A DNA stretch of 64,000 nucleotides from Methylotenera sp. (lineage in GTDB: Bacteria > Pseudomonadota > Gammaproteobacteria > Burkholderiales > Methylophilaceae). The DNA is taken from the NCBI RefSeq assembly GCF_029946165.1, contig NZ_JAQSDZ010000024.1, forward strand, positions 35,825 through 99,824. Reading direction: 5' to 3'. The position numbers and the translations under genes were made by a program. Position 1 is the stretch's first letter. Every line of letters starts with the position of its first letter. Below the pieces are notes generated by a model. That model was given only the letters and a program-made list of their open reading frames with translations. It was not told the origin of the DNA and ran no database searches. Shown here piece after piece: positions 1 to 9,749 of this stretch.

Positions 1-141
1 GGGATGCTACTCATGGCCTTAGCTTTTTGGATGTATACCGTGGCTGTTGCATTGATGCGCGTGCGCTGCATTATGCTAGAACGTGAGCGCTCAGCGGATT
101 GGGTTAAAGCGTTGTCAACTACAGCAGGAGGAAAATCATAA
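1..141 (+). CDS. ccmC: Heme exporter protein C, C-terminal fragment (truncated by window edge)
   Basis: Frame 1 reads GMLLMALAFWMYTVAVALMRVRCIMLERERSADWVKALSTTAGGKS*, typical CcmC last TM and tail; lies directly upstream of ccmDEFGH. Confidence 0.85.
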   Translation, partial: GMLLMALAFWMYTVAVALMRVRCIMLERERSADWVKALSTTAGGKS

Positions 142-305
142 TGCAATGGGCAAGTTGGTCAGCGTTTTTTAATATGGGCGGCTACGCATTTTATGTGTGG
201 TTTTCTTTCGGCTTAACGGCACTTTGTGTCGTTTGGGAAGTCTTATCCCTGCGCAAACGTAGCAAGGCTGCATTACGTTTATCTAAAATTTTGGCACAAG
301 GTTAA
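141..305 (+). CDS. ccmD: Heme exporter protein D (missing from the ORF track)
   Basis: TAATG overlap with ccmC; translation [54 protein letters not shown] contains the MGGYAFYVW motif of CcmD. Confidence 0.9.
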   Translation: MQWASWSAFFNMGGYAFYVWFSFGLTALCVVWEVLSLRKRSKAALRLSKILAQG

Positions 306-306
306 T

Positions 307-762
307 ATGGCTATAAAAGCACGACATAAACGATTTATTTTGATAGCGATTGGCTTGGCATTGTTAGGTTTAGCCGCAATGCTGATTTTGAATGCTTTTC
401 AAAGCAATATGGTATTTTTCTATACACCAACACAAGTGCATAAAGGCGAAGTGCCGCACGGTACTGGCTTCCGTATTGGTGGCTTAGTAGTAGAGGATAG
501 TTTGAAACGCCAAGATGATGGTCTAACCGTTCATTTTTCTATTACCGATACCGCCAAAATTGTGCCAGTCGTATACAAAGGCGTTTTGCCTGATTTGTTT
601 AAAGAAGGCAAAGGCGTAGTAGCGCAAGGCAAGGTGGGGCCGGATGGTATATTTGTCGCCAGTGAAGTACTTGCAAAGCATGATGAAAACTACATGCCCC
701 CAGAAGCCGCAGAAGCGCTAAAACGCGCTCAAGAACAAGGTAAAACGGTCGTGATGCCCTAA
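307..762 (+). CDS. ccmE: Heme chaperone CcmE
   Basis: N-terminal TM, FFYTPT and [12 protein letters not shown] heme-binding motif; start moved to ATG307 because the track start at 226 overlaps ccmD. Confidence 0.95.
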   Translation: MAIKARHKRFILIAIGLALLGLAAMLILNAFQSNMVFFYTPTQVHKGEVPHGTGFRIGGLVVEDSLKRQDDGLTVHFSITDTAKIVPVVYKGVLPDLFKEGKGVVAQGKVGPDGIFVASEVLAKHDENYMPPEAAEALKRAQEQGKTVVMP

Positions 763-785
763 GTAATAAAACTTACAAAGCACTC

Positions 786-830
786 CCTGTTTTGTATAGA
801 TGGACCTAAAAGTCACCTATACAAAACAGG
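786..830. repeat. Intergenic inverted repeat (14-bp perfect stem) between ccmE and ccmF
   Basis: CCTGTTTTGTATAG (786-799) and CTATACAAAACAGG (817-830); no U-tract follows. Confidence 0.8.
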
Positions 831-894
831 CTCATGCTATTACCAATACTCGCAATAAAATCAATATATAGATTAAATTACTAAGGATATTAAC

Positions 895-2877
895 GTGATT
901 CCTGAAATTGGCCATTTTTCTCTCATACTAGCTTTGCTGGTGGCGCTCACGCTAGGTAGCTTGCCTATAATAGGTGCTGCTAGAGGCAATGTGGTGTGGA
1001 TGGGCTTAGCCAGACCGCTTGCGCGCGCTCAATTCTTGCTAATCGCATTCGCTTTCCTTTGTTTGGCTTATGCCTTTGCAGCCAAAGATTATTCTGTCTT
1101 GTACGTAGCATCAAACTCTAACTCAAAACTGCCTATTCAATTTCGTATCGCAGCGGTGTGGGGCGGTCATGAAGGCTCATTATTGCTTTGGGCGCTCATA
1201 TTAAGTGTTTGGACTGTCGCCGTGAGTGCCTTTTCTAAACATCTGCCAGATGATATGCGCGCGCGTATCTTGGGCGTAATGGGCTTAATCAGTGTTGGCT
1301 TCTTATTGTTTATGCTTATGGTTTCAAATCCATTTGATCGTTTAATTCCAGCAGCATTAGATGGCCGTGATTTAAACCCTTTATTGCAAGATCCAGGCAT
1401 GATCTTCCATCCGCCAATGCTTTATATGGGCTACGTTGGCTTCTCGGTGGCATTTGCCTTCGCTATTGCCGCCTTGCTGGGTGGGCAGTTAGATGCAGCA
1501 TGGGCACGTTGGTCACGCCCATGGACAACCTTGGCATGGGTATTTCTCACTGTTGGTATTATGGCCGGTAGTAATTGGGCTTATTACGAGCTTGGCTGGG
1601 GCGGTTGGTGGTTTTGGGATGCGGTAGAAAATGCATCCTTCATGCCTTGGCTGGTGGGTACTGCGCTTATTCACTCACTTGCGGTCACGGAAAAACGTGG
1701 CAGCTTTAAAGCTTGGACAGTGTTACTAGCCATTTGCGCTTTTTCTTTAAGCCTTCTTGGAACATTTTTAGTGCGTTCTGGCGTGCTCACTTCTGTTCAT
1801 GCTTTTGCCACAGACCCAAGACGCGGTGTATTTATTTTAGCGTTTTTAGTGATAGTGATTGGTGGTTCATTGGCGCTATTTGCTTGGCGTGCGCCAACGG
1901 TGGGTCGTGGCGGTAAGTTTGATGTAGTTTCACGCGAGAGTTTTCTACTAGCGAATAACGTGTTGTTAGCCGTTGCGGCAATGTCTGTATTGCTCGGTAC
2001 ACTTTACCCCTTGTTTTTGGATGCATTAAATTACGGCAAAATCTCTGTCGGCCCTCCATATTTTGATGCAGTATTCGCGCCACTCATGACGCCTGCGCTG
2101 TTCTTGATGGGTATCGGTCCCATTGCAAGTTGGAAAAATGCTTCATTGCCTGAATTGGCCATGCGCTTGCGCTGGGCTTTTGGTGTGAGTGTTGTTACGG
2201 CTATTATTCTGCCGTTATGGCTGGGTAATTTAACGCCAATGATAGGCCTTGGTTTATTCTTAGCTTTTTGGATTATCGCGACTACAGTGAATATGGTGCG
2301 CCATCGTTTACGCGGTGCAGACCAATCGTTAACTTCACGCGTTAAAGCCGTTCCACGCGCTTGGTGGGGCATGGTGATTGCGCATTTAGGGATTGCCGTG
2401 TTCACTATAGGCGTCACCATCGTTAAAGGCTTTGAGTCAGAAACCGCAATACGTATGATGCCCGGTGATGTCGCGCATCTAGCGGGTTTTGATTTTACCT
2501 TTAAAGGCGTAAAAGAAGTTCAAGGGCCAAACTATACCGCAAACAGAGGGGAACTTCTGGTGAGTAAAAACGGAGTTGAGCGCACGATACTCAACACTGA
2601 AAAAAGACTATACACCGTAACTAATATGCCGATGACCGAGGCTGGTATCAGCCCAGCAGTGATTCATGATTTATACGCATCTCTTGGCGAGCCTCTCAGT
2701 GATGGCGCTTGGAGCGTCCGTATTTATCATAAACCTATGGTGGAATGGATATGGGTAGGCTGTCTAATGATGGGGTTAGGCGGTTTGTTGGCCTTATCTG
2801 ATAGGCGTTATCGCATGAAAAAGCGCAATAAGAATTCAAATGGGGCGGAATTAGGTCAAGAAGAGGTTGCGATATGA
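895..2877 (+). CDS. ccmF: Cytochrome c heme lyase subunit CcmF
   Basis: MIPEIGHF start, WGGHEGSLLLW, WGGWWFWDAVEN tryptophan-rich motif, multiple TMs. Confidence 0.97.
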   Translation: MIPEIGHFSLILALLVALTLGSLPIIGAARGNVVWMGLARPLARAQFLLIAFAFLCLAYAFAAKDYSVLYVASNSNSKLPIQFRIAAVWGGHEGSLLLWALILSVWTVAVSAFSKHLPDDMRARILGVMGLISVGFLLFMLMVSNPFDRLIPAALDGRDLNPLLQDPGMIFHPPMLYMGYVGFSVAFAFAIAALLGGQLDAAWARWSRPWTTLAWVFLTVGIMAGSNWAYYELGWGGWWFWDAVENASFMPWLVGTALIHSLAVTEKRGSFKAWTVLLAICAFSLSLLGTFLVRSGVLTSVHAFATDPRRGVFILAFLVIVIGGSLALFAWRAPTVGRGGKFDVVSRESFLLANNVLLAVAAMSVLLGTLYPLFLDALNYGKISVGPPYFDAVFAPLMTPALFLMGIGPIASWKNASLPELAMRLRWAFGVSVVTAIILPLWLGNLTPMIGLGLFLAFWIIATTVNMVRHRLRGADQSLTSRVKAVPRAWWGMVIAHLGIAVFTIGVTIVKGFESETAIRMMPGDVAHLAGFDFTFKGVKEVQGPNYTANRGELLVSKNGVERTILNTEKRLYTVTNMPMTEAGISPAVIHDLYASLGEPLSDGAWSVRIYHKPMVEWIWVGCLMMGLGGLLALSDRRYRMKKRNKNSNGAELGQEEVAI

Positions 2878-3401
2878 AGCGCGCTTTAATACCTTTAATC
2901 ATTTTTTTAGTGGTAGTCGGTTTTCTTTTCAAAGGCCTATTTCTAAATCCCAGAGAGGTACCTTCACCATTAGTGGGTAAGCCTGCACCGCAGTTCAGTT
3001 TGGCTCGTTTAGATGCTGCTGATGCAACATTTTCACCAAAAGAAATGTTAGACAAAGTTTGGTTACTTAATACTTGGGCATCTTGGTGCGCGGCCTGTAA
3101 AGATGAACATCCACTTTTAGTGGAGCTAGCCAAATCAAACTTTGTGCCTATTATTGGTTTGAATTACAAAGACAATAATCAAGACGCGCAAAAATGGTTA
3201 GATGAGGCTGGCAATCCTTATGCAATTAATGCAGTGGATGCTGATGGCCGTGTGGGTATTGATTATGGTGTTTACGGCGTACCTGAAACTTATGTGATTG
3301 ATAAAAAAGGCCTTATTGCTTACAAGCAGATTGGCCCCATCACGATGGAAGCGTTACGCGATAAAATTGTTCCACTAATTAAACAATTGCAGGCTCAATA
3401 A
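2874..3401 (+). CDS. ccmG: Thiol:disulfide interchange protein CcmG/DsbE
   Basis: N-terminal anchor, WASWCAAC CXXC, GVYGVPETY. Confidence 0.95.
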   Translation: MKRALIPLIIFLVVVGFLFKGLFLNPREVPSPLVGKPAPQFSLARLDAADATFSPKEMLDKVWLLNTWASWCAACKDEHPLLVELAKSNFVPIIGLNYKDNNQDAQKWLDEAGNPYAINAVDADGRVGIDYGVYGVPETYVIDKKGLIAYKQIGPITMEALRDKIVPLIKQLQAQ

Positions 3402-3862
3402 TGCTCAATAAATTACTCAATATATTCGTTGCTTGTTTTTTAATGCATGCCTTAAGCCTCAACGCGCAAGAAGCGCAACCAATGCAAAATAATGCGGCGG
3501 TTGAAGAGCAGGTTCAGCGCTTGTCTACACAACTACGCTGTTTAGTATGTCAAAACCAAACCTTGGCAGATTCACACGCGGCGCTAGCGCAAGACTTAGT
3601 GCAAGAGGTAAGAGAAATGGCCACTAAGGGTATGAGCGACCAAGAGATTATTGATTATTTGGTCGCGCGTTATGGAGATTTTGTGCGTTATCGCCCACCA
3701 CTTAAATCAAGCACTGTTTTGTTGTGGTTAGGTCCTTTTGCCTTGCTAGTGGTTGGTGGGTTTGGTTTATTTCTTCAATTGCGTAGGCGCCAAGCAATGG
3801 CTGCTGATGCGCCGCTGACTGAAGAAGAAACCCGTAAAGTACGCGAATTACTTAATAAGTAG
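3401..3862 (+). CDS. ccmH: Cytochrome c biogenesis protein CcmH
   Basis: LRCLVCQNQ motif, RYGDFVRYRPP, C-terminal TM. Confidence 0.95.
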   Translation: MLNKLLNIFVACFLMHALSLNAQEAQPMQNNAAVEEQVQRLSTQLRCLVCQNQTLADSHAALAQDLVQEVREMATKGMSDQEIIDYLVARYGDFVRYRPPLKSSTVLLWLGPFALLVVGGFGLFLQLRRRQAMAADAPLTEEETRKVRELLNK

Positions 3863-3880
3863 TTCATAAAATAAGGAAGC

Positions 3881-5107
3881 ATGATGTTGTTATTTTGGGT
3901 AATTGTAGTTGCAATGATAGTCGCTACGCTGGCATTCATACTGCCAGCTTTGTTAAAGCCAAGTAAGACTGTCACGACAGACGCTAATGCTGAAAAGCGA
4001 GCAATTTTTCGTCAGCAGTTTGATGAGATCGCACAGGATAAAACCAACGGCATTCTAGACGCTGCGCAGTATGAGCTTGCTAAAACTGAACTTGAGCGAC
4101 GCATGTTGGATGAAATTGATGTTAACCACGTGGTGGCAGCTAATAATAAGCCAGACCGTACAGTGGCGTTGATTTTACTCATAATTTTACCGCTTGCTTC
4201 ATTATTCATTTATTACAAAATTGGTAGCCCCGCAGCGATTGCCACGCCAAATGCAGCTCAAACTATTGAGGAGCAAAGTGCAAGAGCAGGTGACGTTGAG
4301 CCGCTACTGGCAGCAATGAATGCTAAGTTAGCGCAAAATCCAACAGACGGTAAAGGCTGGGCGTTATTAGCAAGAACTTATGTTGAGCTTGGGCGTGCTA
4401 CTGATGCTGTTCCAGCTTATGAAAAAGCTGTAAAAATAATTCCGAATGACGCACAATTATTAGCCGATTATGCAGATGCTTTAGCGGTTTCAAATGATTA
4501 TAACTTAGCAGGTAAACCAACCGAGCTAGTAGATCAGGCGCTAAAGCTAGATCCACATCACATTAAATCCTTACTGTTAGCCGCTGCGGCCGCAACTAAT
4601 CGTAAAGATTACAAGCAAGCCATTGTTCATTGGCAAAATCTGCAAAAAGAATTGCCTCCTGACTCTGACATCGCACCTAAAGTAAAAGCCTCGTTAGATG
4701 AAGTATATCGATTAGCGGGCATCAAGGCACCTTTAGTTAGTGATGCATCAGCCGCGCCAGCCGCGCAAGGTGTGAACGGTACGGTTAAGTTAGCACCAGC
4801 GCTTGCCTCAAACGTTAATCCGACTGATACGGTATTTGTGTATGCACGTGCCGCACAAGGCGCCGCAATGCCGCTTGCTATTGAGCGTACTACGGTAAAA
4901 GACTTGCCTTACACTTATCATTTAGATGACAGTAAGGGTTTAATGCCCGCGAATAAACTTTCACAAGCGAGTGAAGTGGTCATCGTGGCACGCATCTCTA
5001 AAACAGGCGATGCAAAACCGCAAGCGGGTGACTTACAAGGCACGTCAGCAACAGTTAAACCTAATGGCGGAAATGTTGATATTGAAATCAATGAGCTGCT
5101 AAAGTAA
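3881..5107 (+). CDS. ccmI: Cytochrome c biogenesis factor CcmI/CycH (TPR)
   Basis: Two N-terminal TMs, TPR-like repeats (GWALLARTY, LLADYADAL), C-terminal AMPLAIER domain; last gene of the ccm operon. Confidence 0.9.
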   Translation: MMLLFWVIVVAMIVATLAFILPALLKPSKTVTTDANAEKRAIFRQQFDEIAQDKTNGILDAAQYELAKTELERRMLDEIDVNHVVAANNKPDRTVALILLIILPLASLFIYYKIGSPAAIATPNAAQTIEEQSARAGDVEPLLAAMNAKLAQNPTDGKGWALLARTYVELGRATDAVPAYEKAVKIIPNDAQLLADYADALAVSNDYNLAGKPTELVDQALKLDPHHIKSLLLAAAAATNRKDYKQAIVHWQNLQKELPPDSDIAPKVKASLDEVYRLAGIKAPLVSDASAAPAAQGVNGTVKLAPALASNVNPTDTVFVYARAAQGAAMPLAIERTTVKDLPYTYHLDDSKGLMPANKLSQASEVVIVARISKTGDAKPQAGDLQGTSATVKPNGGNVDIEINELLK

Positions 5108-5185
5108 TTTCATCATAGACTAGGCGACAGCTTGTTGCGCATTAACTCTTTTAATTAATGATTAAGATATAGAACTGAAAAAATT

Positions 5186-7798
5186 ATGACGATGCCAATT
5201 GATAAAGACCTGACACCTAAAACTATTTTCTTAAAAGACTATCAGCCAGCGCCTTATAGCGTAGCGCATGTGAATCTGAGTTTTACCTTGTTTGAAGACA
5301 AAACAATTGTTAAGTCTGAGGTGTCGTACGTTAAAAACCCGAATAGTGCTTCACATGACTTAATCTTAAACGGTGAAGGTCAGACCATTACCTCTGTTGA
5401 GCTTGATAACAAGCCGTTTAATGGCTACGTTCTCACAGATGAAACCTTCACTATCCATAATGCAGCTGAGAAATTTACGCTGACGATTACCTCGGAAATT
5501 GACCCAGAATCCAACACATTGCTTGAGGGTTTATATAAATCTCAAGGTAACTATTGCACGCAATGTGAAGCGGAAGGCTTTCGCCGTATTACATACTTTC
5601 AAGATCGTCCAGATGTGCTCAGCACATTTACTGTGCGTGTTGAAGGAGATAAAAGCAAATATCCAGTATTGCTTTCTAACGGTAATCTCGTAGAGTCAGG
5701 CGAATGCGGCGAAGGTCGCCACTTTACTGTTTGGCATGATCCATTTCCAAAACCTTGCTACCTTTTTGCATTAGTCGCAGGAAATCTGGTGCGAGTTGCA
5801 GACAGCTTTAAAACAATGTCTGGTCGCCATGTCGACTTGCATATTTATGTTCGCACAGGTGATGAGAAACAATGTGACCACGCCATGCAATCGCTGATTA
5901 AAGCCATGAAGTGGGATGAAGAAAAGTACGGCCGGGAATATGAACTGGATTTGTTTAATATCGTCGCCGTGAGTGATTTCAACATGGGTGCCATGGAAAA
6001 TACCTCACTTAATATTTTTAACACTTCGCTTGTCCTCGCCCATCAAAATACCGCGACTGACAGTGACTTTATGAGTGTTGAAGGTGTGATTGGTCATGAG
6101 TATTTTCATAACTGGACTGGCAATCGTGTGACTTGTAGAGATTGGTTCCAATTATCACTCAAAGAAGGTTTTACTGTTTTTAGAGATCAAGAGTTTAGTG
6201 CAGATATGAACTCTCAAGCAGTGCAGCGCATTGATGATGTTAACTCTTTGCGCCGTTTGCAATTTTCAGAAGATGCAGGGCCGTTGGCACACGCAGTTCA
6301 GCCAGATCAATTTATCGAGATTAGCAATTTCTACACAAAAACTGTGTATGAAAAAGGTGCGGAAATCATTCGTATGCAGCACACCTTGTTGGGCGAAGAA
6401 ACATTTCGCAAAGCGACAGATTTGTATTTTGACCGTTATGATGGCCATGCTGTGACCTGTGATGATTTTGTGCAATGTATGGCAGATGCGTCTGGTCGCG
6501 ATATGTCGCAATTCTTCTTGTGGTACAAACAAGCTGGCACGCCAACTTTAAAAGCTTCTAGTCAATACAATGCGGCATCGAGTACTTATACACTCACGTT
6601 TGAGCAATCTCAGCCTGCAACGCCTGGGCAGCTAGATAAAAAACCACTTCACATACCTGTGGCAGTTGGTTTGCTAGACGCAACAGGTGCGCAAACGCAT
6701 GAAACACAGATACTTGAACTGACTGAGCGTGAACAAAGCTTCACCTTCAACAATGTTAATACGCCACCAGTGCCGTCAATCTTGCGTGGTTTTTCTGCGC
6801 CTGTAAAATTAATCACAGACTTGAGCGATGATGATCTTCGTCTATTACAACTTAAAGATACTGATGGTTACAACCGCTGGGAAGCAGGACAAACAATAGC
6901 ATTGCGTAATATTGAGCGGGTGATGGCTGATAGCGAAGCCAATATCTCTCAATTTATAGATGATTTTGGCGCCATGATTGAACAAGGTCTTGCCAATAAT
7001 GGCGATAAAGCATTACTCGCACGCGCCCTCACGCTACCTGCGATAGGCGTTATTGCACAAAGTCAGGAAGTCATTGACCCTACGGCAATAGATAATGCCC
7101 GTACGCAGATACTTAAAACCATTAAACAGACCCACAAAGAAGCATTGCAACGTTTATATAAAGCCAATAGCAATACGGGTGAGTTTTCATTATCGCCAGA
7201 AGCTATGGGACGTAGAGCATTACAAAATACGGTGTTGGAATTGTTAACTGTCACCAATGGAACTGGATGCGCCGCACTTGCAAAAGCGCATTATGATGCC
7301 GCTGATAATATGACCGATATGATTGCTGCGGCATCGTGTCTGTCAGACAGTACGCAAGTTCAAAGAGAAGAAGTGTTAGCTGATTTCTATCGTCGATTTA
7401 AGGACTATCCGCTCGTTGTGGATAAATGGTTCTCGCTTCAAGCGATTGCCAATAGAGAGGCAATATTTGATGACTTTGCGAAACTGCTTAAGCATCCAGA
7501 CTTTAATATTAAAAATCCTAATCGTGTGCGTTCACTTTATTCAGCATTCTCAATCAATAATCCAGTGAAACTCCATGACCCCAGCGGTCAAGGCTATGCC
7601 ATTTTACGAGATGTGATTATCCAGTTGAATGAAATCAATCCACAAATTGCTTCACGCCAAGTAACACCATTCCGCGAATGGAAACGCTACACTCCAGCCT
7701 TGCAAGCGCATATGAAAGAGGCACTACAAAGCATTATGAACACGCCTAACCTTTCAAACGATGTGTTTGAGATTGTAAGTAAAAGCTTGAATGGCTAG
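5186..7798 (+). CDS. pepN: Aminopeptidase N (M1 family)
   Basis: GAMEN and HEYFH...E zinc motifs, TQCEAEGFRRIT, NPNRVRSL C-terminal domain. Confidence 0.97.
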   Translation: MTMPIDKDLTPKTIFLKDYQPAPYSVAHVNLSFTLFEDKTIVKSEVSYVKNPNSASHDLILNGEGQTITSVELDNKPFNGYVLTDETFTIHNAAEKFTLTITSEIDPESNTLLEGLYKSQGNYCTQCEAEGFRRITYFQDRPDVLSTFTVRVEGDKSKYPVLLSNGNLVESGECGEGRHFTVWHDPFPKPCYLFALVAGNLVRVADSFKTMSGRHVDLHIYVRTGDEKQCDHAMQSLIKAMKWDEEKYGREYELDLFNIVAVSDFNMGAMENTSLNIFNTSLVLAHQNTATDSDFMSVEGVIGHEYFHNWTGNRVTCRDWFQLSLKEGFTVFRDQEFSADMNSQAVQRIDDVNSLRRLQFSEDAGPLAHAVQPDQFIEISNFYTKTVYEKGAEIIRMQHTLLGEETFRKATDLYFDRYDGHAVTCDDFVQCMADASGRDMSQFFLWYKQAGTPTLKASSQYNAASSTYTLTFEQSQPATPGQLDKKPLHIPVAVGLLDATGAQTHETQILELTEREQSFTFNNVNTPPVPSILRGFSAPVKLITDLSDDDLRLLQLKDTDGYNRWEAGQTIALRNIERVMADSEANISQFIDDFGAMIEQGLANNGDKALLARALTLPAIGVIAQSQEVIDPTAIDNARTQILKTIKQTHKEALQRLYKANSNTGEFSLSPEAMGRRALQNTVLELLTVTNGTGCAALAKAHYDAADNMTDMIAAASCLSDSTQVQREEVLADFYRRFKDYPLVVDKWFSLQAIANREAIFDDFAKLLKHPDFNIKNPNRVRSLYSAFSINNPVKLHDPSGQGYAILRDVIIQLNEINPQIASRQVTPFREWKRYTPALQAHMKEALQSIMNTPNLSNDVFEIVSKSLNG

Positions 7799-8014
7799 AA
7801 GCTAGAGGCGCGGCGTACTGAAACTGGCTATATTGTTATATTTGATATGCATCTCACAGTGTTAATGCGCATCAAGGATAATGCAAAGTCATTTGTTAAG
7901 TTTAATGTTTAGTTGCAAGTAGTGATGCTATATTAAAGTAGCTTTTATCAATCTGAAATGACTTAAAGACTGATATGCTTCAAGACTAATATGCTCCACT
8001 AAAAAGGCGAACAT

Positions 8015-9706
8015 ATGGATCATGACTTAACACTAATTACCACAATCGCCTCTGGCTTTGGGCTGGCACTTATATTTGGTTTTATCGCCGAAAGTTGTAA
8101 GATTCCAGCGCTCGTTGGTTATTTATTCGCAGGCATTCTGATTGGCCCAGCCACGCCAGGGTTTGTGGCAGATATAAGCATTGCCTCTCAATTATCTGAA
8201 ATTGGCGTCATGCTACTCATGTTTGGCGTAGGCTTACACTTTTCAATTAACGATTTAATGTCAGTTAAGCGAATAGCATTACCTGGTGCGGTCATACAAA
8301 TGACCATCTCAACAATACTTGGCATGTTGCTAGTTAGTTGGTGGGGTTGGACGTTTGGCGAGGGCTTAATTTTCGGTTTGGCTTTATCATGCGCCAGCAC
8401 TGTTGTGTTATTAAAAGCACTTGAGTCTAGAGGCATACTTGACAGTATGAATGGCAAAATAACTGTGGGCTGGTTAGTGGTGGAAGACCTTGTGACGGTA
8501 TTAGTGCTGGTATTAATGCCGCCACTAGCGGCCATTTTAGGCGGCGTCACTACAGCAAGTTCATCTACGCCATTATGGCAGACCATTAGCTTTACGCTTT
8601 TGCAGGTGACTGGTTTTATCGCCTTGATGTTAGTCGTTGGTAAGCGTTTGTTGCCGTGGATTCTGTGGCATGTTGCAAAAACAGGCTCAAGAGAACTATT
8701 CACTTTATCCGTTATTGCCACGGCAATTGGCATTGCCTACGGCGCGGCCATCTTGTTTAGCGTGTCGTTCGCCATAGGCGCTTTTTTTGCTGGGATGGTG
8801 ATGCGTGAGTCCGAGTTCAGCCATAGAGCCGCTCAGGAATCATTACCATTGAGAGATGCTTTTGCAGTGCTATTTTTTGTGTCAGTTGGGATGCTGTTTG
8901 AGCCAGCAATATTACTTTCCAAACCGCTGAGCGTATTAGCCGTGGTAGCCATCATTGTTTTTGGTAAATCTATTGCTGCAATGGTCATCACTTTGGTACT
9001 TCGTTACCCGCTCAATACTGCACTTACTGTAGCCGCGAGTTTGGCTCAAATTGGCGAATTCTCTTTTATTCTAGCTGGTTTAGGCGTCTCATTAAAAATT
9101 CTGCCCGCTGAAGGCATGAGCTTAATTCTAGCTGGCGCTTTAATTTCAATAGCCATCAATCCACTTATATTCTCAATCATTAAACCATTTAAGAAATGGG
9201 TGCTGGGCATTTCTGAAACTGCCCGCCTATATGAGCAACGTGTAGATCAGTTTTCCGAGTTACCTATGAGTACAGAGCGCAAATATTTGGAAGGCCAGGT
9301 TGTACTTGTGGGTTATGGACGAGTGGGGCAAAGAATTGCCAGAGTATTAAGCGATAATCATATCCCTTATGTTGTAGCTGATGAAAATAGAGAGATTGTT
9401 GAGGATTTGCGTAAAAAAGGTATACCTGCAGTCTCGGGGAATGCCTCAGAACCTGCTGTTTTAATTCAAGCACATATTGCCAATGCATCCATGCTGGTCA
9501 TTGCAATCCCAGATACGCTTAATATAAGAAAAATGGTCGAAACTGCAAAAACGCTGCAACCTGAAATTATCATTGTGATAAGAACGCATAATGAAGAAGA
9601 GTCAAATTTAATGACAACAGAGAATATTGGAAAAATATTTTATGGTGAAGAAGAACTCGCAAATGGAATGAGCAAGTTCATCGTTTCACAATACATTCCA
9701 CAATAA
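8015..9706 (+). CDS. YbaL-family CPA2 K+/H+ antiporter with C-terminal RCK (TrkA-N) domain
   Basis: LMFGVGLHFS and AQIGEFSFIL CPA2 motifs; LVGYGRVG Rossmann motif. Confidence 0.9.
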   Translation: MDHDLTLITTIASGFGLALIFGFIAESCKIPALVGYLFAGILIGPATPGFVADISIASQLSEIGVMLLMFGVGLHFSINDLMSVKRIALPGAVIQMTISTILGMLLVSWWGWTFGEGLIFGLALSCASTVVLLKALESRGILDSMNGKITVGWLVVEDLVTVLVLVLMPPLAAILGGVTTASSSTPLWQTISFTLLQVTGFIALMLVVGKRLLPWILWHVAKTGSRELFTLSVIATAIGIAYGAAILFSVSFAIGAFFAGMVMRESEFSHRAAQESLPLRDAFAVLFFVSVGMLFEPAILLSKPLSVLAVVAIIVFGKSIAAMVITLVLRYPLNTALTVAASLAQIGEFSFILAGLGVSLKILPAEGMSLILAGALISIAINPLIFSIIKPFKKWVLGISETARLYEQRVDQFSELPMSTERKYLEGQVVLVGYGRVGQRIARVLSDNHIPYVVADENREIVEDLRKKGIPAVSGNASEPAVLIQAHIANASMLVIAIPDTLNIRKMVETAKTLQPEIIIVIRTHNEEESNLMTTENIGKIFYGEEELANGMSKFIVSQYIPQ

Positions 9707-9749
9707 TTTGTTTTCTCGCGACCAGCAAGCTTGCACGAACTATTTTTAA

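Noticed and set aside
226-306. ORF-track N-terminal extension of ccmE
   Set aside because: It overlaps ccmD in another frame; ATG307 gives a normal CcmE N-terminus.
1167-7257. Short alternative-frame and antisense ORFs within the ccm genes and pepN (and similar ones across the window)
   Set aside because: They are nested in well-supported genes and carry no motifs; treated as shadow ORFs.
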